The notes under the pieces are model-generated. The model was given only the letters and a program-made list of their open reading frames with translations. It did not search any database and was not told the origin of the DNA. From the NCBI GenBank assembly GCA_037447605.1, contig CM074809.1, positions 2,966,689-3,030,688 of the forward strand: 64,000 nt of DNA, read 5' to 3'. The stretch comes from Zygnema circumcarinatum SAG 698-1b (taxonomy: Eukaryota > Plantae > Zygnematophyceae). Within the stretch, counting starts at the first letter, position 1, and the number at the start of each line of letters is the position of its first letter. Below, in pieces: positions 12,095-25,476 of this stretch. The position numbers and the translations under genes are program-made.

Positions 12095-15000
12095 TCATTG
12101 GATCAAGGAGCTGGCGGCAAGATCAGCTATAGACATCCAGTCCATGGCTCCTTCTGTATGCAGAGTGCTCTTCACACCTATTTCTATCCGTCTCCTCAAT
12201 CCCGGATAGGGCAGCTTCTCAATCACCTGCATGCTCAAACAATAGGTCACTCTTACTAATGCTGTTCGATATTTCTTGTTCGAACGCAACCGATAATTGA
12301 GATTGAAAACAGAGATTTTTTAGAGCCTGTGTACTAGTACAAGCATGAAAAACGATTAGGGTTCTTCCAAGTGTGAGAGAACAGCTTGAGATGGCCAACA
12401 CGTGATGACAACTGGCGAGAGAGTGCAAGACAGTCTGAATTAAAGTTGAAACCCTGCGAGCCCACCTGAGCTGCGAAAGAGTACACAAGGGCTGAGCGGG
12501 CGGTCTGCTCGTCAATCCCACGGGCACGGAAATAGAAGAGCTGGCTGTCTTCAAGATCGCTGATGGTAGCTCCGTGTGTGCACTTCACATCATCTGCTAT
12601 GATCTGCAGGTTGGGCTTCACGTTCAATGTGCCACGTGGAGCCAAGAGGAGGTTTCTGCTAAGCTGACCCGCATCTGTTTGCTGAGCATTTCTGTATGGG
12701 AATAAATTCTCCCCAACCCGAGGCCCCCAGAATCGTCTTACTCGTGGTTACCTTTCTTCTCAGGTCTCTTCTGCAACTGGCCTCTCAAAACATTCCTTTC
12801 CCTCTGCAAAGATAGGCATTTGCCAAAAGGTTGTTCGCGAACCTGACGAGCACTCACGTGTACTTCTACACGATGCAACAAGATACTCGCAGAGGTGGTA
12901 AAGAGCCAGTTGGAAGAAGGGGTCATGGTTTCAATACTGACCTGTTCACACGAACTCGGCCGTCAAACACACCATGACCTGTAGCATGCGTGACAATGCA
13001 TTTGTGAAGTTGCCGAGTCTGTCCCCGAGGGTGGTCCAGCGACACCGAACTGTGGAGATCTTGGAGCTGCCGATCTCCTGCTAAGAGAAACGTCGACATT
13101 TCGGTTTGTGTATCTGGGCCCTGCTGCTCTATGTGCAAGTTGTGCCGTGAGAACCGCCCTCCAAAGCCAGCCTCCACAAGGGAATACTTGCTTGTGGCTG
13201 CCTGCTAGGCAACACCCCTCATCATAGCAAGCATAAGGGAGAAGGCGATAGAAGACATTAACAAAATATTGAAAAAACCTCTCTGACCGAGACCATGGCA
13301 AGGAACGCACGGCTGTTTGTAAGCCGAACAAATCAATCGTTTCGCCAGCCAATATTGATGCAATTTGCCTCGTGCATGAAGGTGAGCAAGACACTTGCAG
13401 ACTTAGCGCTAAGGCCGTTTCTGCGATTTTCACACAACTCACCTGGGTGACGACAGTCCGCTTGATGTGAAATGAATCTCTGGCTTGATTTTGAATGTAA
13501 CCGTGTTTCAATGTTGCGTTCTCCGCCAGGAATATCTCCTGCACTGCGTTAGTCCAATAACTACCATTTCCAACCCCGACAAACTCCTCCACAATCTCGA
13601 TTTCAGCTCCCTTCTCAACGACAACAAGAACGCGTGGAGAAGAAACTTTTGCAGTTCCTGCTTTCTCGCTGCCACTGGACAAACACAGGATGTGCACCGG
13701 CTGGTCGACAAGCACTCCCTCCGGCACAATGATGACGCCCAAATCCTGGACGCCAAGTCCATTGAGCGCAGAGAATAGGTCGAGAGAAGCAGTTGGCCTG
13801 TCAGAAGAAAGCAAGTTACATCAGTGTAATACATGAAATGGAGCGTGAAAAGAGAGAAATAAGGGCCAAGGCAAGGGTGACGGAGAAATAGGAAGGAGAA
13901 TGTGAGTGAATGACAGAAATAACGAAGCAAGGGCCGGTGGCATGAACAACAAATAAACGAGGAAGGGCCAGTATTGAAGAACCCCAAAATATAAAACAAA
14001 AACAAAAAAACAACGTAGTCACATGCATAGTGTTGATATCTCAACATTGCGTGGTCAGTCTCTAGCATCTGATTGAACACTAGAACAAGCGGGAGAATGG
14101 GAAATACTATATCCAGTAAGTCAAACATTGACTAGCGGTAAAAAGTTCATTACATTGACTTGAAAGAAACCAGCTACAATAAAGGCGTTGGACATGTTGC
14201 GCACAAAAATATTACCCACTTTCACTCTTCTCCATTAACTAATTTGAATTCTCCCAAAACGAAAGGTTACCACACAGAATGTACCGTCGCTCTAATGGAC
14301 TCTTCATCAAATAATGTGCCTAGATGTAACAATCCTAGAGTGGAGCCGCTCAATGTTCCATACCTTCACTAGTGTATGTTAGAAAAATATCCATTGCTTT
14401 CAAAGTGGGTGTTCAAGATACCATTGTCAGAAATCCAATCTGCTCCACAACAAAGTCAATCTCGACTGTGGAGACCGACACGATTAACGTAGATTTTAAT
14501 ACTTTGTTGGCTTTATCGCGTTGGCCAGAAGTTCACTAGACGATGTTTACATGTACAGGTTAAAAGTAGCTAACACTTAGTCTCCGTAATAATTGAGCGT
14601 AGCTATTGACTGAGACACAGTTGAGCATGTATGGTACTGCTCCCCGCTTCAGCTTCAGACTTTCTGAGATTTTCGAAGATACATTCTTAAGATAGACCCA
14701 TAGTCATGGTGCTCTAAAATAAACGATACAACCATACTTGGTCCAAAAAAAGAACAAACTAAATATCAAATTATGTACGAGGAATGCCATGCCTGAAGTG
14801 TTCGCACCTGCCATTTGGTGCACCAAGGTAAGGCGTCACGTATCGGGAAATCACTTCCTCTGAAAGTGAACCGAGACTGCCCACCACTATCTCATCAGGA
14901 ACTTCATTCAAGCTCGATAATGACTCACTAAATACTCCATCAATGAAGACCATCCTGCTGCCGTTCGCCTCCTCCAAAGAAAACTTTCCCATGTCAATTT

Positions 15001-15511
15001 TCCATCCTTCCTCATGACCCAAACCTTTAACTTCTGGAAAAGACCCGGCTGGTATAAGCTCAGTAGCTTTTAAAGGCTTTAGGTCCGTAAACCGGTACTC
15101 CTCATCTCTGTTTGTCGGCCATCGAAAACTCAAACCCAGTGTTGCCGAGTCCTCGCCCAACTTATCCAATACTTCTCGGCCAGCAGCAAGCTTTTGCGAA
15201 GGCTGGTCTTGTAGAGCGTCAGCAAGCTCCAACACAAACATGTCAGGTCCGGAAGGTGCAATAGTCATGGTAGCAGCTGCTGCAGATACAGTCGTTACCG
15301 TGGCTGCCATTGCTTTTGACACTCTATTGACCCTCCTCGTATTTACGAGCCTCGCAGCACCCAAGTTTCTGAGCCGCAGGGCCCGCTGCCATGTTGTGTC
15401 CACCCCCTCAGACCCGCGGACAAGCGCACTCTCCCCTTCCACTGCAGATGCATATGCAAGGGTGCCTGGTAAAACTGCATTGAAAACTACAAGACCTTGG
15501 GCGCCAGCCAT
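12095..15511 (-). CDS. SUFD: Plastid Fe-S cluster assembly protein SufD (ABCI7/NAP6), 5 exons
   Basis: Exons 15511-14808, 13797-13443, 13201-12942, 12691-12466, 12226-12095. Motifs WPTNRDEEYRFTDL, QLHKCIV..GHGVFDG and NVKPNLQIIADDVKCTHGATISDLEDSQLFYFRARGID. Ala/Ser/Thr/Arg-rich transit-peptide-like N-terminus. Confidence 0.95.
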
Positions 15512-16754
15512 GGTCAGAACAGCTTATGAATAGCTCCCCTGCAGTTGAATTCTCTGGGAGACCTGCAGGAGAAAACGAATTCCTGTTAGAGCTCCCACTC
15601 TTCAGCACAATAGTACTGGCCCTATCTGAAGCAGGCAGTGGGGTTCTAACTCCGAGAGGGATAAGAGGGGACGAATCCTAATCCTGTGCAGATAGAGAGG
15701 GGGTGGAGAAAGACGCCTGGGGAGCATCCCCTGGGACGAAGAAGTACCCTGTTGAAGGACGATGGTGCGGCTCTGGCGGACGAGTATTCGGGATTTGGCG
15801 GCGCCAAAGGCCAGTCCGAGGACGCTTGGCACTCCGGAGCCGTCGTTTCATTATGGTGGCTCTGCTGCTTCTGTGCAGGCCGGCACTGATTTGCCGCTGG
15901 GAGAGGATGCTCCCTGGACAAAGCATCGGTCTTATTGTTTTTTGTGGTGAGGAGAGGGTGTGTTCCCTCGAGCGCTGAAGGGAGCTCTGCTGGTATGCTT
16001 CAGCGGCAGAGTGCAGACCACGGTCCTGAGGAAAGAATCTGGTTGAAAGGTATGCGGATACTACCCAGCCGTTCGCTTATTCGGCGCTAGAACTGGCGGA
16101 TGTCTCTCAGGTAAAGTCAAATTTCAGCTGGCTATGACTGTGGCACACATTGAAGACCCCCAAGAAATTTATAAGGACCTGGTTGCAGCTTTTGAGGTGC
16201 TAAATGAGTGCTCCAAAGTAGTCAGGTTCCAAATCTCTGGTCGGAAAAGACACTGAATTACAGGACTCACCGCACACGCAAGAGAGCGCGAGTTGGAACA
16301 AGGCAAAAGCTTCGCTGATTGAACAAATGGAGGGAGATTCGCTCCTATTCGAACCTTCAATCTTCGGTCATAGCACGGCCTGATGGGGCCCTTCGGCCTA
16401 ATCCTTCTCTTGCCGCTTCACTAAAAGAAGAATTATCATAAGGTCACCAGTCTGCTTACTGCAAAACGTTTTTCAGAGTACGCTCGAGAACACAGGCAGG
16501 ATTTTGCGAACGCAGGATACGAGATTGAGGAAGAGCTTCCGCTGAAGTGGAGAAGAGTAGAAAGTGTTCGAGCAGGGACAAGAGATGCAAGCGGAGATCA
16601 ACTGTCCGCCGCTAGTTCCTTCATCCGACACATGGTAGAGTCCCTGTAGCGTGTGCATGGCAAACGATGTTGGCGGCACAGGCAAGACAAAAGGCCTATG
16701 CTTATTGGAAGGGGTCTCGTCACACTTTTGAGAGGAGATGAATGATGAGGTTCT

Positions 16755-17070
16755 CTGCAAAACGCAGAGCTCAGAGCGCACTCTCTACACATGCACTTGC
16801 ATTCTGCAGGCGAAGAGCTGAATGCAGGATGCAGAGTGCATTCTTTGTAATCTTCATGGCGCATTCGGCATTCATCATTTCGCATTCACAAGCAAAATGC
16901 AGAATCAAATGCAAAATGCAGAGTGCAAAGTGCGTTCTCTACACTTTTAGCATTCGCATTCTGCATGCACAACGAAATGTGCAGAATGCGGAGTGCATTC
17001 CCTACATCCTCCATCGTGCATTCTGCGGTTTACACTTTTCATTCGCATCCATCCAATCCGTTCGCATCCT
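16755..17070. repeat. Degenerate GCATTC/GAATGC-rich minisatellite
   Basis: Repeated GCAGAGTGCATTC(T)CTACAC-like units and TGCATTCTGCA/TGCAGAATGC inverted motifs between SufD and SEUSS. Confidence 0.65.
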
Positions 17071-17254
17071 TGCCTCACACCGCTTGGGCCTTGCCTTGTC
17101 AAGGCGCCCTTGGACACTCTAAACTGCATCGCCCGCCAGCACTGCTCGAGGTCCCTGGAACGGTCCGAGTCCCCAAAATCACATTCAGACCCGGCCAGTC
17201 CCGTTCCGTTCCATTACGATGGAGCAAAAAAATATCTGTTCAAAGGCCCCCGCT

Positions 17255-17346
17255 GGTACCACGCCGTACGGTGCACACCGTACGGAATGGTACTTTGGAC
17301 TGAGCTCGTACGGTCGGGAGGCTCGATGCGGTACGAACCGTACGGT
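17255..17346. promoter_or_regulatory. CCGTACGG/GTAC cluster upstream of SEUSS
   Basis: Seven GTAC cores, three of them the palindrome CCGTACGG, followed by a GGGA tract and a G-box (CACGTG at ~17398). Confidence 0.4.
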
Positions 17347-17801
17347 AGGGAGGGAACGTGAGGGAGGGAGGGAGGCGGCTGCGAGTGAGGGCGGGGACAC
17401 GTGGCGGCCGCTTGCTCTGACAGGCGAGTCTTACAGGGAAGGGCCGAAAGGCAAGGAGGAAGCCATGGCTGCGAGCGGCGCTCTGCAGAACGGGGTTTGA
17501 GCTCTGGCACGTGGAGGATCGATGGCGGCGGGGACGGGGGTGGGAGGAGAAGGAAGGGGGAACGAATGGTGGTGATCTCTGCAAACAAGTAGCAGTGCGA
17601 AGAAGATGACACGAACGTTGCGCGCAGTTTGATGAGGATTAGGTTTGGCTGGAAAAAAGCTGTGGAATTAGATTTTTGGAAGATGCTGGACCGAATTTTC
17701 TAGTTTAGGGTTACGTCAGAATATAGGCTGAAGGTGGTTCTTGCTCTGACATTGCAGATATGTAGGTATATGATATGATATGATATGTTATGGATATGTA
17801 G

Positions 17802-20800
17802 GTGGATTATTTCTGCAGTCCGACTCTGAGCGCCATTTCATGCTTAGCGAAACCTGTTTTAGCTTGGAAGCTTGATTCCATTTTCGCCGTGGAGAATTCC
17901 CAAGTAGCAGTCCTGGGTCCTATCCGACGCACCTCCTCACGGGTGCGGGGTGCGCCTTATTCGTTGGACGAGGACCCCATCGTATCTGCAGGAGAGCTGC
18001 CGTTTGGCAGCTCGGCCGATTTTTTCGGGTTGGATGCTGACAAACTGGCTCGACAAAGCCCTGGCAACCCTGCGCTGGCCTTCGTCCGGTTGCAGGAGCA
18101 GCAGCAGCAGCAGCAGCATCAGTTTGAGCAGCAGCAGCATGAGCAGCACCAGGCGCAGTCTTCTCAGCAGTCAGGACATATTGGGGACCGGCGTTCTCCC
18201 GGTCCGTCGCAGCCATTTTCACCTCCTCCTCAGCAGCAGCAGGTGGGGATGGTCAAGATGGAGATGCAAGAGATGCAGCAGCAGCATAGTGGAGCAGTGT
18301 CTTCGCCACTGCAACAGGTTCCGAATGGGCCAATGAAAGACGAGGATGGTCTTTCTACACATCTCCAGCAACAACAACACTCGCTCCTTTCAATCCCTTC
18401 GCAGCAGTCTCTTGTATCCTTGAACATCTCTCACCGAAATCAGCAGCAACAGCAGCTTAACCTTGGCCAACCTAACTCAACTTTGAATGGTCATTCCCCA
18501 TTATCTCTTCAGCAACAAGGCGTTGCTACTTCCCAGCTTATTTCTCAACAGCATCAGCTCTTGCTTCAGAGAGCGCAAAATTCAGGTTCACCTCAAGCAG
18601 CTGCGGCTGCTCTTCTCCTCAATAGGCAGGACTCTTCTTCCCCACAATTAGGCTCTCACAGTCAGCATGCGACGCCCTTGGAGATCCTCCAACACAAACA
18701 AAAGCTACTGCTTCTTCACCAACAAAGCCGTGGGCAGCAGCAACAGCAGCAGCAGCAACAGCAACAGCAGCAGCAACAGCAACAGCAGCAGCAACAGCAA
18801 CAGCAACACCAGCAGTTATTACAGATTGCAGGAGGGTCAACTTTAGGAGCTGGTTCCTCGCCTGTAGGGGCTGTGTCTTCGTCGAATCAGCTTGGTCGGC
18901 ACGATACTCTAGATCTTCTAGGAAAAGTTCCAGAAGGAGGTGCATGTGCTCGCCGTCTTATGCAATTTATGTACCATCAGAGGAGACGGCCTCCGGTATG
19001 CTTTATTTCCATTTCGCTCGTCTTGCTCCTACGTTCCTTCATCCACTAGTAGATTCTCTGGTCTTCTTTATCCACTTTGTTACACTACTTCTGTCTGACT
19101 TCCGGAATGTCCACATACGACTTTTGGTTTGGAAGCTTCTCTATCCCGCTATGAATTGAACTGGTGATATATGTACTTGATAGGACATGATCGAAGCTTC
19201 AGGTTAGGCAGGGAGCATTTTGCCAACGATGGTGTAATAAAGTAAGGGAGGTTGCTGTAGAATTCTGATTTTTTCCAAATTTTGCGTCAAGTTGATGTTC
19301 TCATCCTTTTTCCTACCATGTAGCTGATATCGCCAAGCAGTCACTGGGCTGATAGTCCCCCCTCGATACATTTTTGGTGATTTTCGCCACCTTTTCAGCA
19401 GAGCCAACACATACTCATGCCAGGGTTTTGAACGTTTCAGCAGGAGGCCGTCTAGGTCACATTATTGTCACATTACATTATAGGGCACATTTCAGGTCAG
19501 TGGCCAGTGGCCAGTGCCAGCTATTTTGGCTGAAGTCTGAACTCTGTTCTACTGGCGATTGTCATGGCCTGCAGGATAATAATATTGAATTCTGGAGGCA
19601 ATTTGTGGACGAATATTTTTCTCCCGGTGCGAAGAAGAGATGGTGTGTCTCTTCATACGGGAATGGTGGACGCCAACCAGCAGGCGTCTTTCCACAAGTG
19701 AGTTCAATGTTTCTGAGTCACATTGAAGACCATGCAGGTTCGCTTGCGAAGCTTAATTCGTGCAGACAGAGTGAGATGGATTGTTACTCGGCTTTATTGA
19801 CAGGTGCAGTTGGTGCTTGTATAATTGAGGTTGTTAGAAGAGTTACATGGGTTTAGAGCTTGAGTCGAAATTGGGTGCCAAGTCGGCTACGAAAATTGAG
19901 AGAAATGGAAGCGACTGCTGTGCAGTATATAGCAAACACAGCTAGGTGGACCTGACTGACTCGAAAGTGGGAGGTCATCGCTATCGGAAAGAGCTAACCT
20001 TTCATGCACACAAGCATTTCAGTCAAGGTTCAATCGTTTTGTCCATGGGTTCACTCTATTTCCCGAATTGATGCATCAAACTCTGAAGTTATGTCATATA
20101 CGTGAACTTTAATTCACGTCCTGAATTCTTATGTCGGCATGGGCTATCTCGATTGCAGGATGTTTGGAATTGCGAGCTCTGCCGGGCCAATCCGGGTCGG
20201 GGATTTGGTAAGTCGACCGGGAATTTTGTCTCCGTTGCTGCGATTGGTGGGACCAGAAAATCCTAAGAGCAAAAAATGCACATTGTGCTCATTGAAAAAT
20301 CTGCATGTCTTCGTCCTATGAGCGTGTTCGACTCTGGTATAAGACTCGAACGGAAATTTTGGCTGGATGTGGATGCAACAGAAATGACAAAGGAGGTTCT
20401 TCCTCGCTTGTTTAAAATCAAATACGACAGCGGTGTACTGGATGAGCTTCTGTTCGTTGATTCACCAAAGGAATATGAACTGCCCAACGGCAGTCAAGTG
20501 CTTGAGTACACAAACGCTATCCAGGAGAGTGCATTTGATGGACTTCGCGTGGTTCGAACAGGGCAGCTGCGAGTTGTCTTTTCTCGGGAGCTAAAGGTGA
20601 AGGGCAACTAACACCACAGAGAAGAACTTGGCGATCTGTGTGCTCTGCAATTAGTAGGGATTCGTCAACGTTGGAACAGAGCCGGGCTGCTATTTCCGTT
20701 GTGTTTGTCGTTTGGTTGTGGAGGTTTCTGATGTCAAATTCAGCGGGTGTCCTCCAGATGATCTCCTGGGAATTCTGCACCCTCAGCCATGAAGAGCTCA

Positions 20801-23800
20801 TCCCTCGTCGACTAGTATTGCAACAGGCAGGCAATTGTTTTCTTGCTTCTTTCACAGCTCTCCTTCTGCTTATAAAGATACGAAATTGGGGATGAAAACT
20901 GGGAATAGTATTGAACTCGTAATCTTGCAGTATTATTCATTGTTCGTTCCTAAGCCATGAATATTATCATATCCCTAATAGCAAGATTTGATGATGAGTA
21001 GGTCTATTTGGTAGGTCTGAAACTTGCTAGATTTGAAGAATCAATGGCTTGTCTTTGGATGTTGGCAGCTGACAGGAACTATGCAACTGTGTATTGTTAT
21101 CGCTATCTGGGCTGCCTGAAACTCTGTATCTAATTTCTCTGTACCATAAGGCTTAAGATTGCGGAAGTTGCAGTTTAGGCAAGCGTATGATATAGTGCTA
21201 TTTCTGTAGAGTAGAAGGTTATAGCAATTCTTGCTTTGTTGTGTCCATTTGCGATAGTGGTGAAACAGGGGGTTGAGAGGGGGGCTTCAGGTGAGTGCGT
21301 TGGCCAATCTGGCGTATAAATACCAGAGCCAAAATCTCCCCCAAGTGTCCATGCAGCAACTGCAGGCACAATGTGCAGCGTAAGTTTCACTACATAACTT
21401 CATTTTTCCTTGGCAATTGCGAACGTGAGTTCACGCGTGAGACAGTTTGTGTCGAGTTGATTGTTCATCAAGAAAGCAGGGAAACGACTGACGGGAATAA
21501 TTCCAATGATGTATGCATTGTCAACAATGCCATGTTGTTGAGCGTGCAGATTTGCGACCATGTCCCGCCAACTGGCACTCAAGTTGGATGCGCCCACTGT
21601 TAACGACCTAGGGTTCACCAAGTGCTACGTGCGCTGCCTCCAGGTACACTCCCTTAGCTTCCTAGGACATTAAGCACTGTGGGGAGTTTTTGACCTTACT
21701 CTGCTGCTCGTTTCATAGCGAAGATTGTGTTTTAGCTTTGGATTGGGATCAGCTAGCGTTACATGTAATTGCATTCAGAAATGTGATCGCACTACGAAAT
21801 TTCACACAACCCGCTCGAATTCATCATTTTATTCAGATTGCCAGTTTCCGCTGTTCATGCTACGTGTCCTTTCATCGCCCATCTGTCGTGAAAACTGTAG
21901 CTAGTTTTGTTAAGGAGAGCAGGCGAGGGCTATGCTGTGTGTTAGGCGCAACACAACAGCTTAATGATAAGCTCTAGATAACTGAACGGCTCTCATACCA
22001 CACGTGTTTTAACATGGGACAGTTCTCGAACAGTTTTCCCCGTAATTAATTATACTCGTACACGCTTCCACGTTCAGCAATGTTGACGAGACACAACTTG
22101 AGAAGCTAGGAGATTACTCCTCTTTATGCTTTCGCCCCGCGGTCTCTTTGTGCGAGGGCAAGAAAATGGAGAGTTTCAATGTTGCCTGCCTGACGTGTAA
22201 TCACTCAGTTTAAATCAGAAGAGCCCTCTCGGGCATGCGAAGGTTTGAATGTTGTTGTTGTTCGTATAGTTTACTACCGTGCATAGGGCAGATGCCGAAA
22301 AAAGAATGCATTTACTTGTCAGGCCTTAAACAATCAATGCACAAAATTTGGCTCAAGCATGCTTGTGCACATCGAAGGCACTTATTTCTTTCATGTTGAG
22401 GTTGATGCAGATTTCTGAGGTTGTCAATAGCATGAAGGACCTTATTGACTTCAGCAAAGAGCACAATATTGGCCCTATTTGTAAGCTCTCTTTATCCTGG
22501 CAGTATCGGATTCATGCCCCGAAAGGATTGGTTACCTTTCCGTCAGGGAGCAGGCCTCCTGTATTTCTTATACATGATTCAAATTGGCTCAAGTGGTTTA
22601 TGGCTTCGTGTCGACCTCCTTGATCTGTTAACATTCTAGTTTACACTCTGGTGCTTTGAAAGTCCTCTCTTCTGGTTTAGGCATCTGTCAATGGGATCCG
22701 ACAGAGATCGCCTGTTGTGCCCTTTTGCATGTCGACAGCACAGCATCTCTCACACGACTGGTAAAACTTGTTGCTATGTCGAGATGCAGCGACTTTGAGG
22801 ACCTTCCCACGCAAAACTGCTGGTTCACCAGCTGCTCCAAGCTCCTCGATGCAGCAGCAACAAGAGCAATCCATACAGTCGCAGCAGCCATCTCCCGCAG
22901 CTCTGCAACCCATGCAGCAGGACACTCCAAATGCCCTCCCGCTAGACTCTGCTGCTGCAGCAGCTGCACTTGGGCTTGCAGGAGTGCAGCTTCCTAATCC
23001 AAACATGCAACTGTCCCCATTACGGGCAGCGCGAAGTCATTCCCTCTCCCCTTCAGGCTCTCTTACAGAACCCACCGGAGCTGTCATCACCAGCTCGTTG
23101 CAACCGTCATCGGTTCTTTCGGGAGGACTTCAGTCTGGTGGTATGGGCGTTGGGAATTTGAACGGAGGCAATGGGCCCACTCTGGGAGGGGGGCTTGGAG
23201 GTGGCCTTGGAGGAGGGCTTGGGGGAGCACTAGCAGGCAGTTTGGCAAACAGTATTGGAAACAATCTGACTGGAAATGGAGGGATGGGTGGCAACATGGC
23301 CTCTGTGGCAGCAAGCTTAGGGGGTAGTCTTCAGAGAGGAAGCTTACAGGCAGGAAGTCTCAGCGCTGCAGGCCTTCAAGCTTCTCTTCAAACCTCGGGC
23401 AGTCTTGGTGGCCGTAGCAACAGCATTGGAGGCTCATTTCAGGGTCTGCAGAATGCGTCTCTTGCCAATCTTCATAACGCAAGCCTTGGTGGAGGGCATC
23501 ATACTTCTCACCAGCTACACCAGCTTAGTAGTCTAACGAATTCTCTCCAGCAACAGAGCCAAGGGCAGGCTAATTCTCTCGGTGCTGGTGGAGGAGACCA
23601 GCATATGCAGAGCATTGTGCACCAATTGGTGGCCCAGCAGCTTCAGCAGCAGCAGCAACAACAACAACAGCAACAACAACATCAACAACAACAGCAGCAG
23701 CAAAATGGGGGCGCGGGGAACTTGGCTGGAAACCTGATGAATTTGGGAGCTGCTAGGCTGGGCAACTTGGGGCAGCTGGGTAGCCGAGGTGGCGGTGCAA

Positions 23801-24144
23801 ACAGCCTCGCGGCGCTTGCCAGCAATTTAGGCGTTGGAGGAGGTGTGGGGAACGGCCTTGCTGGCCTGGGAAGCTCACTGGGCTCGGTTGTGGGTAACGG
23901 ATTAGGGGGCATAGGAACAGGCCTAGGGAGCGGGGGCAACCTGGGCCTGAACGGTTCTGTAGTGAACTTAGGGAACGTGAATGCCAGTGCGCTCCTAGGG
24001 GGCGGGCTCAGCCTGGCGGCTGTTGCGCAGCAGCAGGGCCTCCAGTTGGCAGAGCAGAGCCTCCACCACGATCCTGGGGGAGGGCTGGCAGGCCTCGGGG
24101 GGGGCGTCAATTTTAGCGGCCTTAGTAACATAAATTTTCATTGA
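17802..24144 (+). CDS. SEU: Transcriptional co-regulator SEUSS (LIM-domain-binding family), with polyQ and Gly-rich tails; N-terminus unresolved
   Basis: Motifs CARRLMQFMYHQRRRPP|DNNIEFWRQFVDEYFSPGAKKRWCVS, EVLPRLFKIKYDSG, SWEFC..HEELIPRR, VNDLGFTK.YVRCLQ|ISEVVNSMKDLIDFS. Exons ..18995, 19575-19697, 20159-20207, 20382-20596, 20758-20826, 21291-21379, 21550-21643, 22411-22480, 22790-24144. A possible start is the ATG at 17465. Confidence 0.93.
18736..18812 (+). repeat. CAG/CAA polyglutamine tract in SEUSS
   Basis: Tandem CAG/CAA codons; further tracts at ~18098-18140 and 23644-23703. Confidence 0.9.
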
Positions 24145-25476
24145 AAGTGTACAAAAGCATAGGGTAGGGCTCCCTGAGTAGGAAAATGGCAGTTTTTGTT
24201 GGTGCGAGGTCTCTCACAAGAAGTAAAATGGCAAATTCCGCTTCTGGTACGCGTGCTCTGCTTGACGTGACATGACGGTCCATTCAAAGGTGCAGTTTTG
24301 GAAAAAGGTTTTTTGTAGATATCAAAGAATTACCAGAATTGTCGCCTGTCCCTTGTTAACCCTGATTGTTACTGTAAAGATATTTTTCTGAAGTATGGAA
24401 ACACAGCAGCAGTGGTAACTTTAAGACAGCATGAGTGGTGTAACTTGCTCTAACGCGCTGCTGGGAACTTCGTCTGGTTTTTAAAGCTCCTGAAAGGGAA
24501 AGGTAGAAGTCATTTACCCTCTGAATCATTTTCATTTGGGTATTTTGGTAATGTGGCCGACACTAATTTCCCACACTAATTGTGATACGCCTAATGTATC
24601 CGTAGCTCGATTTGTATGAGACTAATGAGTTCGTCAGCTATTGTGTGACCCTCTACGCGGAGTTAGAGCAAAAAAAATATTTTTCAACAAATCTACGCTG
24701 CCTTGTATGGCCTGCCTGTTAGTGTGACAACGTACTTCATGTAAGACTCGAATGAAAAAGCCAAAGATAGCCTCTATTACATTCGGCTGTCAAAATTGGG
24801 TTGCCAACTTTAAGGGCTTTTATGGGCTCCACCCATAGAACATTCATGATCATCGGAATAGTGGTGCAGTCGCAGCAGAGGATTGGCACACTTCACCTCA
24901 CCACGTGGCAAAAGGATGATTCGATCACCATCGTTTTAATACGTGCACGGATGCACAAAACCAAGCGTCACTTTGGAGTGAGAACCAAAATCTCTTTTCA
25001 GCAAGTGGGCAGCTTACCCAGGACCTCTTAGTGTGGTTGCGTAATAAGGGTGATCCACACGATTAGGGGGTGTCAATCTTTATGAAAATCGCAACAAAAA
25101 AATCATTTCCTGGATACGAAAGTGAGAATAAAATCCGTACCATGTCGTATAATTTAGATAAAAAGACACTGTTTAGGACATGCACGAATGTTCACGCCGC
25201 TGTATGATGGGCGGAAACCCCTAAACAAGCTCGTTAGCGAATTATGGAATGTTCATCAAGAAGCATGAAACAAACTGACGGTTAACCGGCTGAAAGTAGA
25301 AGAATTATCAATACAGTACAAGGCCGTCATTCTACGATGGCCATTTACCTAGTAACCCTACAAAGACCTCCATATAATGTAAATCGCTTCCATGACATCA
25401 AAGGCACGAAAACAGGATACTGCACATAGGCCTGAAGCAAGCCATTGCAGGCCGAGGTGTTCTATCCGTCAAGCAG

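Noticed and set aside
21623-21625. Arg-to-Cys change in the SEUSS TKRYVRCLQ motif
   Set aside because: Single CGC>TGC-type difference; significance cannot be judged without an alignment.
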